A program made the translations under genes and the position numbers. This document shows, piece by piece, positions 43,582 to 51,578 of a DNA stretch of 64,000 nt. Source of the stretch: an uncultured Alphaproteobacteria bacterium (lineage in GTDB: Bacteria; Pseudomonadota; Alphaproteobacteria; RF32; CAG-239); contig CALXTD010000002.1 of NCBI GenBank assembly GCA_944391315.1, positions 24,573 to 88,572 on the forward strand, in the 5' to 3' direction. Every line of letters starts with the position of its first letter. Position 1 is the first letter of the stretch. Under the pieces are notes generated by a model that was given only the letters and a program-made list of their open reading frames with translations, did no database searches and was not told where the DNA came from.

Positions 43582-45305
43582 TATTGTCTTGCCTTTTTAT
43601 TCAGAACCAGAAGAATGTGATTGATAATCTCTTCTTTTTGCTGAGTGTCTTTTTGCTTTTGTGCGGCCTCTTTCATAATGTTCATGAGGGCTAAGAGCGC
43701 TTCTTTTTTCTTTTTGGTAACTATGTTTTTTTGATATTTTTGCCGATTGTTTTGTATCTTTTTCTTTTTGTTTTCTATGGCTTTGGCAATGACATCTTTC
43801 ATGCAGACAGATTTTATGTTTTGGCTTTTTTCTTTTTTCTCATCTTTTGATGAAGTCGACAATGGTAAAGTCGGCAGTAATTTGTGCGGGTCTATAATTA
43901 ATGGTGCAACTGCCTTCTTTTCTTTTGGTGTTGAGGAAGCCGTGGAAATTGTTGCGGCAGCTGCTCTTTTTTGTCTTTGTTGTTGTTTTTGTTTTTGTTT
44001 TTGTTTGCGGCTTAATTTGCTGTTATCATGAGCATTGCTTAAGTTTAGATAATTTTCACTGTTGGGGAGCGGGTGATCCTTTTTCCATTCATTATGATTT
44101 TTCTTTTGACGTAAGGTGCGTTTGTCATGGCGGTAGTTATAGTGCATATGAAAGTTTGGATGAAAGCCGCCCCAGAAAATGATGTCTTTATCCATATAAA
44201 TTCGGCTGGTGTAGCTTTCGCGCCGGTCAATGGTTTGAGTGCTGTCAAGGCTGTGTAAAATGCGATGATAAGGATATTCAATCGTTAGGCACAGGTTTTC
44301 AAACTTGTTTACATCCAGCAAATCAGGGATTTCGGCGGCATCTTTAACTGCAACCTTATGATGAACGCTGAAGTCTGGTCCAGTCAGCGGTTTTCCGTCT
44401 TTTCCTAAGATTGCAATTTTTGTGTAGTCTCCGTGGTCGCGGATAAACTTAATTTGCTCTAAGGACAGTTTGGTACCAATTGTTTCATCTGCACCGATAA
44501 TGCCTTTTTCTTGATAAGTTTTTAAAAGAGTGGCTCCTTTTTCATGATCAATGACATAAACTCGCGATGTCTTGCCATATTTTTTCATATTGGAGATGAG
44601 TTCATCGCTGTAGCGGTCGTCAATGTCCAAGTGTTTTAGAAACTGCCGGAACTTTGTTTCGCTTTTGCGGATAAAGTCTTTGATGAAGCTGCGGCGGGCG
44701 CCTAAAAACATATAAGCTTTGGGGGCTGTTTGGGGGTCGTAATAGTGTTGATATAAAACATCTGAAAAGTCATAGGCGTTCATATGCGGCAGCATAGAGG
44801 CCGGAATGTTCATTTTTTGCAGCTGTTGTTTGAGCTTGCTTTCAATTTTGCGAAAGCGCGGAAACTGGCGATAGAGCGCCCATATCGGAGAAGTGCTTAA
44901 GTCGTAGTTTTGTGGCGGAAGTTCCGGCTTGTTGTTTGATGAAATATGTTTTAAGTATGAAATTGTGTGTCTAGTGTGTGCCTGAGTTTTATCCGTTTCG
45001 TTAATACTACCGTAAAAATCCATGCGGATAATGTGTTTTTCGTCTCGAGACAAGGCGTAGTGCGGTTTGTTTGTTTCAAAATGAAGGCCCCATTTGCGGA
45101 TTAGGTCTTTGATTTGTTCACGGGTGTTGTCTCTTTTTTTGCGGACACAGCTGGAGGAAAGTATTTCAAGATATTTTTGGGCAAGTTGCCGGCTTTCTTT
45201 TTCTATTTCTTGGGGAGATTGGGGCTCTGTTACTCCGTAAAAATCCTTCTGAAAATTTTCAGTTCCGTTTTCTGATAAATAGTCATAAGGATTTTTATAA
45301 TCCAT
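43581..45305 (-). CDS. large protein with an HNH/AHH-like nuclease motif and a K/Q-rich tail
   Basis: FSVHHKVAVKDAAEIPDLLDVNKFENLCLTIEYPYHRILHS fits the HH..N..H..H spacing of HNH/EndoVII-fold (AHH-like) nucleases. The C-terminal ~170 aa are low-complexity K/Q/E. No signal peptide. Confidence 0.4.
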   Translation of the reverse strand: MDYKNPYDYLSENGTENFQKDFYGVTEPQSPQEIEKESRQLAQKYLEILSSSCVRKKRDNTREQIKDLIRKWGLHFETNKPHYALSRDEKHIIRMDFYGSINETDKTQAHTRHTISYLKHISSNNKPELPPQNYDLSTSPIWALYRQFPRFRKIESKLKQQLQKMNIPASMLPHMNAYDFSDVLYQHYYDPQTAPKAYMFLGARRSFIKDFIRKSETKFRQFLKHLDIDDRYSDELISNMKKYGKTSRVYVIDHEKGATLLKTYQEKGIIGADETIGTKLSLEQIKFIRDHGDYTKIAILGKDGKPLTGPDFSVHHKVAVKDAAEIPDLLDVNKFENLCLTIEYPYHRILHSLDSTQTIDRRESYTSRIYMDKDIIFWGGFHPNFHMHYNYRHDKRTLRQKKNHNEWKKDHPLPNSENYLNLSNAHDNSKLSRKQKQKQKQQQRQKRAAAATISTASSTPKEKKAVAPLIIDPHKLLPTLPLSTSSKDEKKEKSQNIKSVCMKDVIAKAIENKKKKIQNNRQKYQKNIVTKKKKEALLALMNIMKEAAQKQKDTQQKEEIINHILLVLNKKARQ

Positions 45306-45448
45306 ATTCTTCCTTATTTTTACTTTTGTTAATCTTTTGTCGAATTGAATACAGCATATTTAGAAATTTGTCCAGCCTTTCGTTAGGTAAATTTTTATTT
45401 TTTTGGATTATAATTTAAAGTAATATACGAAAATATTGGAGAAACAAT

Positions 45449-46912
45449 ATGTTAGATTTTATTGTCAATGCTGAAAAAATAGAAAAACCTGAGGCAAAAG
45501 TCATTTTTATGAATGAAAAATCTTTTGGTTGGGAGAGAATCGGGAAATTTTGCTCTGAATCTGAAGTTAAAATGCTAAAGAAAGCGATTGAGAATCGTTC
45601 TTTTAAATTGGAAGCCGGAAAAAGCCTTAGATTAGATAATGGTGAGACGGTCTATTTATTAAGCGTGGTTAAAAATAAGGCATCTGCCTATGAGGTGCAA
45701 GTTGCGGCAGCAAAAGTGGCTTCTGCTTTGAAAAAGGTTAAAACCGCGGCTTTGTTCTTGCCCGAAGGGTGGAACAAGTTGGCTGGTGATATAGTTTTAG
45801 GTATGGAACTTGAACTATATAGTTTTGATAAATATTTTACGACCAAAAAAGAAGAAGATTTTTGTCAGCTTGAACAGGTGTTTTTATGCCCGGAAGAAGG
45901 CGAGATAAATAAAAAGCAAATGGCTGAGGCAGAGGCTTTGGCCAATGGGGTTCGCTATGGTCGCGATTTGTGCAATGAACCGGGGAATGTGTTGACTCCG
46001 ATGACTATGGCTGAAGATATTAAGCGACTTTCATATTTGGGAATCGAAGTGGAAATTATTCCGGCTGATAAGCTCGAAGAAAAAGGTTTTTCTTTGCTTT
46101 ATGCCGTTGGTAAAGGTTCAGTCAATCCGCCTTGTGTGGCGGTTATGAAGTGGAAAGGAAATCCAGCCTCTAAAGATTTAGATGTTGCGTTGGTTGGCAA
46201 GGGGATTACTTTTGATACCGGCGGAATTAATCTTAAGAGTGAAGGTAATCTTCTGGGAATGAAGCATGATATGACCGGTGCGGCAGTGGCAGCTTCGACG
46301 CTTAAGGTTTTGGCTTTGCAAAAACAAAAGATAAATGCAGCGGCAGTATTGGTGATGGCTGAGAATATGCCCGATGGAAAGGCTTATAAACCCGAAGATG
46401 TTTATACTTCAGCTTCCGGTTTAACCGTCGAGGTGATTAACACTGATGCTGAAGGGCGTTTGGGTTTGGCTGACGGGCTGTGGTATGCCTCAGCAAAACT
46501 CAAAGCAAAGCGCGTGATTGATATTGCTACTTTAACCGGTGCTGTGGTTATGGCTTTGGGGCATGAGTTTGCCGGATTGTTTTGTGATGATGATAAAATG
46601 GCTGATGATTTGCTGAAAGCCGGAAATGATAGCGGAGAACGTTTGTGGCGTTTGCCGATGTGTGAAGAATTTGGTAAGCTCTTAAAATCTGATGTGGCTG
46701 ATGTGAAGCATTTGGCCGCTCGTGGGCATGGAGCAGGTTCGGCTACAGCTGCGATGTTTTTGAAAAAATTTGTTAAAGGCAAAACACCTTGGGCTCACCT
46801 TGATATTGCCGGTCGTGATGATAGTTCTACACCTCGTCCTTTGGAGCCTAAAGGTGCGACAGCCTTTGGTATCAGATTTTTGGTAAGTTATCTAAAAAAC
46901 TTGAAGCTTTAA
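45449..46912 (+). CDS. pepA: leucyl aminopeptidase (M17)
   Basis: VGKGITFDTGGINLK and NTDAEGRLGLADGL are M17 signatures. Confidence 0.92.
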   Translation: MLDFIVNAEKIEKPEAKVIFMNEKSFGWERIGKFCSESEVKMLKKAIENRSFKLEAGKSLRLDNGETVYLLSVVKNKASAYEVQVAAAKVASALKKVKTAALFLPEGWNKLAGDIVLGMELELYSFDKYFTTKKEEDFCQLEQVFLCPEEGEINKKQMAEAEALANGVRYGRDLCNEPGNVLTPMTMAEDIKRLSYLGIEVEIIPADKLEEKGFSLLYAVGKGSVNPPCVAVMKWKGNPASKDLDVALVGKGITFDTGGINLKSEGNLLGMKHDMTGAAVAASTLKVLALQKQKINAAAVLVMAENMPDGKAYKPEDVYTSASGLTVEVINTDAEGRLGLADGLWYASAKLKAKRVIDIATLTGAVVMALGHEFAGLFCDDDKMADDLLKAGNDSGERLWRLPMCEEFGKLLKSDVADVKHLAARGHGAGSATAAMFLKKFVKGKTPWAHLDIAGRDDSSTPRPLEPKGATAFGIRFLVSYLKNLKL

Positions 46913-47021
46913 GCGAAAAATTTGGCGCCTGAGGTTATGCACATATATTTCTGCTTGGTTGCTTTTTAGCGGCAATGTCCTTATAACTAAAATAAGGCTA
47001 AGTAGAAAGGTTTTTTAGATT

Positions 47022-48266
47022 ATGTTTTCAAAATTTGAGCGGATGACCGCATGGCGCTATCTTAGAGCAAAGCGGAAAGAAGGTTTTATTTCCGTGATTA
47101 CCGGTTTTGCTTTTACCGGAATTGCGCTTGGTGTGGCGACTCTGATTATCGTGATGAGCGTGATGAATGGTTTTCGGAGCGAACTCCTATCACGTATTTT
47201 GGGCTTGAACGGACATATCGGCATTGTTTCCTCCGTCGGACTGCCGTTTAATAATTATAAAGAGGCGGTTGGTGAGATTGCGCAAATTGAGGGTGTTAAG
47301 CAAGTTATTCCGATGATTGAAAAGCAGTTGCTTATCAGCTCCGGTCGTCAAGCAGAAGGGGCTATGGTGCGCGCACTCAGTCCCGAAGATTTGGTCAAAA
47401 AGCCGTTGTTGGTTGATAGCATTGAAGGCGCTGATGTTTCGGCCTTTGAAGGTGATGTGGTGTTAGTCGGACGGCGCTTGGCTCAGAAAATGGGGTTGGT
47501 TCCGGGGAGCGAGCTGACGCTGATTTCCCCGAACGGAAAAGTTACGGCTTTCGGTACGGTTCCCCGTATGAAAAGCTATAAAGTTATCGGCACGTTTGAT
47601 GTCGGAATGTATGAGTATGACTCAAACTTTGTGTTTATGCCTTTATCGGCGGCGCAGAAATATTTTAGTCTTTCCGAGGCGGTGACACAAATTGATGTGT
47701 CTTTGCAAGATGAAAATCAGCTTAAAACCGTTCGAAAAGCAATAGAAGAGCGTATCGGCGGTGCGGCCTATGTCTATGACTGGCGGCAGACTAATGCAGC
47801 TTTCTTTAACGCCATAGATGTTGAGCGCAATGTGATGTTTTTGATTTTGACGCTGATTATCTTGGTGGCCGCGTTTAATATTATTACCGGTCTCATTATG
47901 TTGGTTAAAGACAAAGGGCGTGATATTGCCGTCTTGCGGACTATGGGTGCTACTAAGGGCATGATAATGCGAATCTTTTGCATGGACGGTGCTTTTATCG
48001 GCGTGGTCGGAACGGCTATCGGTTTGGCTCTCGGCTTGCTGTTTTGCAATAATATTGAGGCTATTCGCCAGTTTTTGCAAAAAATTTCGGGGCAGGAGCT
48101 GTTTTCGGCCGAAATTTATTTCTTATCTCAGTTGCCGGCCAAAGTTGACCCGACGGAAGTGTTCTTTGTGGTTATGATTTCTTTGGTCTTGGCGTTCTTG
48201 GCAACGTTGTATCCTGCTTATCGGGCGGCCAAGTTTGATCCGGTGGAGGCTTTGCGTTATGAGTAA
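47022..48266 (+). CDS. lipoprotein-releasing ABC transporter permease (LolC/E family)
   Basis: The N-terminus AWRYLRAKRKEGFISVITGFAFTGIALGVATLIIVMSVMNGF is typical of LolCE. It carries a FtsX-like C-terminal domain and is followed by lolD. Confidence 0.88.
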   Translation: MFSKFERMTAWRYLRAKRKEGFISVITGFAFTGIALGVATLIIVMSVMNGFRSELLSRILGLNGHIGIVSSVGLPFNNYKEAVGEIAQIEGVKQVIPMIEKQLLISSGRQAEGAMVRALSPEDLVKKPLLVDSIEGADVSAFEGDVVLVGRRLAQKMGLVPGSELTLISPNGKVTAFGTVPRMKSYKVIGTFDVGMYEYDSNFVFMPLSAAQKYFSLSEAVTQIDVSLQDENQLKTVRKAIEERIGGAAYVYDWRQTNAAFFNAIDVERNVMFLILTLIILVAAFNIITGLIMLVKDKGRDIAVLRTMGATKGMIMRIFCMDGAFIGVVGTAIGLALGLLFCNNIEAIRQFLQKISGQELFSAEIYFLSQLPAKVDPTEVFFVVMISLVLAFLATLYPAYRAAKFDPVEALRYE

Positions 48267-48999
48267 AATTATTCCGGCTATTGAACTGAAAAATGTGATA
48301 AAGAAGTTTAAACAAGGGTCGCAATCGCTTGAAGTTCTTAAGGGAATTAATTTAGCGGTTAACCCAGGAGAGGTTGTGGCCTTGGTTGGGCAGAGCGGGG
48401 CAGGGAAATCGACGCTTTTGCAAATTTCCGGTTTGTTGGAGCAGCCAAGCAGCGGAGAAATCTTTTTTGACGGCAAAAAATGCTCAAAGCTTAATGATGT
48501 GCAACGAACTGAATTGCGGCGCGATTATGTGGGATTTGTTTATCAATATCACAATCTTTTGCCTGATTTTAATGCCTTGGAAAATGTGATGTTGCCGCAG
48601 CTTATTGCCGGTGTTTCAACCAAATCAGCTGAGGAAAAAGCGCGTTGGCTACTCTCGAAAATGAAGCTTGATAAGCGCTTGAAACACCGTCCGAGCGAGC
48701 TTTCGGGCGGAGAGCAGCAGCGTGTGGCGATTGCGCGGGCGTTGGCGAATAGTCCAAAACTCCTTTTGGCTGATGAACCGACCGGAAACCTTGACCCTAA
48801 GACTTCGGAAATCGTGTTCTCGGAGCTGGTGTCTTTGGTTAAAGATACCGGTTTGTCGGCATTAATTGCAACGCATAATTTTGAATTAGCTGAGAAAATG
48901 GATCGTAAAGTGCGCTTACAAGACGGAAAAATCGTGGATTTGCAGAGCTTTTCTCGTTCCCAGAAGGTGCAGCTTGATATGACGAAGAATTTTTATTAA
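48259..48999 (+). CDS. lolD: lipoprotein-releasing ABC transporter ATP-binding protein
   Basis: Walker A GQSGAGKST, signature LSGGEQQRVAIARAL, Walker B LLLADEPTG. The start overlaps the permease stop. Confidence 0.9.
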   Translation: MSKIIPAIELKNVIKKFKQGSQSLEVLKGINLAVNPGEVVALVGQSGAGKSTLLQISGLLEQPSSGEIFFDGKKCSKLNDVQRTELRRDYVGFVYQYHNLLPDFNALENVMLPQLIAGVSTKSAEEKARWLLSKMKLDKRLKHRPSELSGGEQQRVAIARALANSPKLLLADEPTGNLDPKTSEIVFSELVSLVKDTGLSALIATHNFELAEKMDRKVRLQDGKIVDLQSFSRSQKVQLDMTKNFY

Positions 49000-49013
49000 T
49001 GTTAGGAGGGGCT

Positions 49014-49361
49014 ATGAAGTTTGTTTTTTGTTTTTTTGTGGCTTTGAGTGTTTTAAGCTCTGCCGTACAAGCAAAATATGTGGCTCCGGCCGATGTGAAA
49101 TCTCGCGGGACCAAGGTCAGTAATTATATGTTTTATAATCAAGACGCCGATAAAGACGGAAAGCTTACTCTTGAGGAATTTAAAAGCCAGCGTATGACCA
49201 AAGATGTGGAACAAAAGAATCGTCTGTTAAAAAAGAAAGGTCTTTATAAATCTCCAGAAGAGCAGTTTAAGCTTATGGATGAAGACGGTGATGGCAAAAT
49301 TTCTCCCGAGGATTTGGCCAAATATCTTGATGAACAGAACAGGGCTCTTAACTCAAAGTAA
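49014..49361 (+). CDS. secreted EF-hand calcium-binding protein
   Basis: Signal peptide MKFVFCFFVALSVLSSAVQA and two EF-hand loops, DADKDGKLTLEEF and DEDGDGKISPEDL. Confidence 0.75.
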   Translation: MKFVFCFFVALSVLSSAVQAKYVAPADVKSRGTKVSNYMFYNQDADKDGKLTLEEFKSQRMTKDVEQKNRLLKKKGLYKSPEEQFKLMDEDGDGKISPEDLAKYLDEQNRALNSK

Positions 49362-49389
49362 GGTATTTTTCTTTTTTTGAAAAAAATGC

Positions 49390-49506
49390 TTGCAATCTTT
49401 GTTTTATTGTATATAATCCGCTGTGATCATGGAGCGAGACTGTGCGAATGGCATGCCGGCTCGCTTACAATGCATCCGTTTGATAATCTTTGTGAAAGGA
49501 AGCAAA
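49390..49506 (+). promoter_or_regulatory. rpmI-rplT promoter plus a ~85-nt structured leader (possible L20 autoregulatory site)
   Basis: TTGCAA (49390-49395), a 16-nt spacer, then TATAAT (49412-49417). The leader contains the hairpin GAGCGAG..CTCGCTT. The regulatory role is inferred by analogy with L20 feedback in other bacteria. Confidence 0.4.
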
Positions 49507-49704
49507 ATGCCTAAATTAAAAACTAAAAGCGCTGCTAAAAAGCGTTTCAGCGTTACCGGTACAGGTAAGTTGAAGAGAAATTTTGCCAATAAGAGACACC
49601 TCCTCTTTAATAAAGGTACCAAAATGAAAAGACAGGCTCGCGGTACGACTTTGGTCAACGAAGCCGATGTTAGCTTGGTTAAAAAATATTTGCCCTATAT
49701 GTAA
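49507..49704 (+). CDS. rpmI: 50S ribosomal protein L35
   Basis: [27 protein letters not shown] is the classic L35 N-terminus. Confidence 0.95.
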   Translation: MPKLKTKSAAKKRFSVTGTGKLKRNFANKRHLLFNKGTKMKRQARGTTLVNEADVSLVKKYLPYM

Positions 49705-49719
49705 TGAAGGAGTCCTACA

Positions 49720-50079
49720 ATGTCTCGTATTAAAAGAGGTTTGACAGCTCACGCTCGTCACAAAAAGATTTTATCTATGGCTAAGGGCTATAGAGGTCGT
49801 AATAAAAATGTTTTCCGCGTTGCCGTTGAAAAAGTTGAAAAAGCTCTTCAGTATGCTTATCGCGACAGAAAAGCTAAGAAAAGAAGTTTTCGCGCTTTGT
49901 GGATCCAACGTATTAACGCTGCTGCTCGTTTGAACGATATCACTTATTCTCGATTTATGAGCGGGCTTACCAAAGCCGGCATCGAACTCGACCGAAAAGT
50001 CCTTGCTGATATCGCTTTGAAAGAGCCTGCTAATTTTGCTTCTCTGGTTGAGAAGGCAAAAGCTGCTTTGAGCAAATAA
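49720..50079 (+). CDS. rplT: 50S ribosomal protein L20
   Basis: [48 protein letters not shown]. Confidence 0.95.
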   Translation: MSRIKRGLTAHARHKKILSMAKGYRGRNKNVFRVAVEKVEKALQYAYRDRKAKKRSFRALWIQRINAAARLNDITYSRFMSGLTKAGIELDRKVLADIALKEPANFASLVEKAKAALSK

Positions 50080-50115
50080 TCTGTTTTTCTTTCGCCCAAG
50101 GGTGCAACGAGGAGG

Positions 50116-50340
50116 CTGGAAGGAACTGACATAGGTTGGGCCGGAAGGTGTGAACAAAAGTTGAGCCGGAAGGGACTGACGGAGGTTGGCCGGAAGGTGT
50201 TAACGGAAGTTGGACCGGAAGAGGTGAAAGAGGAGTAAGCCGGAAGGTGTGCAGAGCCAAAATTTGATTGGCTGAGGAGTATGACCGGAAGGTGAGAACG
50301 AAAGTTGTTTGGAAGGCACAAATGATGGTGCCGGAAGGGC
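50116..50340 (+). repeat. purine-rich array of CCGGAAGG motifs with ~25-nt period in the rplT 3' region
   Basis: Motif starts are at 50116 (CTGGAAGG), 50141, 50166, 50190, 50215 (CCGGAAGAGG), 50240, 50285, 50311 (GGAAGG only) and 50331. Unit consensus is approximately CCGGAAGGTGTGAACNGAAGTTGRN. Confidence 0.85.
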
Positions 50341-50376
50341 AGAAGAGATTATCTGTTATATCAGAGTTTGAAAAAA

Positions 50377-50411
50377 AGAGTTAACTGATGTTTTTCGGTT
50401 GACTCTTTTTT
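50377..50411 (+). terminator. terminator ending the rpmI-rplT transcript after the repeat array
   Basis: AGAGTTAAC..GGTTGACTCT followed by TTTTTT. Confidence 0.7.
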
Positions 50412-50474
50412 ATTTTAAATTTGAAGAAAAAATACTATTATTAATCTTGTGTTTTAATGTTCAGGTGTAAAACT

Positions 50475-51578
50475 ATGGAAAATCTTGAAAATTTGAAATC
50501 AGAATTGTTGGCTGAAATTGCCGGCGTTTCGGATCTTAAGGCTTGGGATGAGTGCCGTGTTGCCCTTATCGGTAAAAAAGGTAAAATTACCGAACAGCTG
50601 AAAGGCTTGTCGGCGCTTCCGTTAGAGCAAAAAATTGAGGCCGGAAAAAAACTCAATGTCTTGAAATCTGAAATTGAAGCGGCTTTGGCAGCTCGTAAAG
50701 ACGTGTTGGAAGTTGAAGAACTTAATAAAAAATTGATGAGTGAAACGGTTGATGTGACTTTGCCTATTCGTCCTGAAGCTCAGGGTCGGATTCATCCTGT
50801 TTCTAAAATCTATGAAGAAGTTGTTGCCATTTTTGGCGAAATGGGCTTTGAGGTTGCCGAAGGGCCGGATATTGAAGATCAATTCCATAACTTTAACGCT
50901 TTGAATATGCCGGCAAACCATCCGGCGCGTCAAATGCAAGATACGTTCTATATTCCTAACAAAAACAGCGATGATTTTGACGACAGCTATGTGGTTCGTA
51001 CGCATACGTCGCCGGTGCAAATTCGTACAATGGAAGCTAAGCGTCCGCCTATTCGTATTATTGCTCCGGGGCGTACTTATCGTTCAGACTATGATGCTAC
51101 ACACACGCCGATGTTTCATCAGGTCGAAGGTTTGGTTATTGATAAAAATATTACCATGGCTCATCTTAAAGGCTGCTTGTATGACTTTGTTAAGGCCTTT
51201 TTTGAGCTTGATGAAATTCCGGTACGTTATCGTCCATCGTATTTTCCGTTCACAGAGCCTTCGGCTGAAATGGATATCGGTTGCTTGAAGACCAAAACCG
51301 AGCTTAAAATCGGTGCCGGAACCGACTGGCTCGAAATCTTGGGCTGTGGAATGGTTCATCCCAGCGTTTTAAAGGCCGGTGGCATCGATCCTGATGAATA
51401 TCAGGGATTTGCCTTCGGGGTCGGAATTGACCGCTTGGCGATGCTTAAATACGGCATTCCTGACTTGAGAACATTTTTTGAATCCGATGTTCGTTGGTTG
51501 AAGCATTATGGCTTTACGCCATTGGATTTTTCTTCAATGACAGGTGGTTTGAGCAATAACGGAGGAAGCGCAAGATGA
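50475..51578 (+). CDS. pheS: phenylalanine--tRNA ligase alpha subunit
   Basis: HPARQMQDTFYI, RTHTSPVQIR and FPFTEPSAEMDI are class II motifs. Start at ATG 50475. Confidence 0.95.
   Translation: MENLENLKSELLAEIAGVSDLKAWDECRVALIGKKGKITEQLKGLSALPLEQKIEAGKKLNVLKSEIEAALAARKDVLEVEELNKKLMSETVDVTLPIRPEAQGRIHPVSKIYEEVVAIFGEMGFEVAEGPDIEDQFHNFNALNMPANHPARQMQDTFYIPNKNSDDFDDSYVVRTHTSPVQIRTMEAKRPPIRIIAPGRTYRSDYDATHTPMFHQVEGLVIDKNITMAHLKGCLYDFVKAFFELDEIPVRYRPSYFPFTEPSAEMDIGCLKTKTELKIGAGTDWLEILGCGMVHPSVLKAGGIDPDEYQGFAFGVGIDRLAMLKYGIPDLRTFFESDVRWLKHYGFTPLDFSSMTGGLSNNGGSAR

Noticed and set aside
49944-50321. Minus-strand ORFs (125 aa and 76 aa) across the CCGGAAGG array with repetitive PSG/FRP peptides.
   Set aside because: The reading frames are generated by the nucleotide repeat. 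They overlap rplT antisense and have no RBS. I treat the tract as non-coding.
50116-50340. I considered whether the periodic array could be a CRISPR array.
   Set aside because: The conserved core is only 8-10 nt with a ~25-nt period. There is no 25-40-nt repeat and spacer organisation, the units are degenerate, and no cas genes are present in the window.
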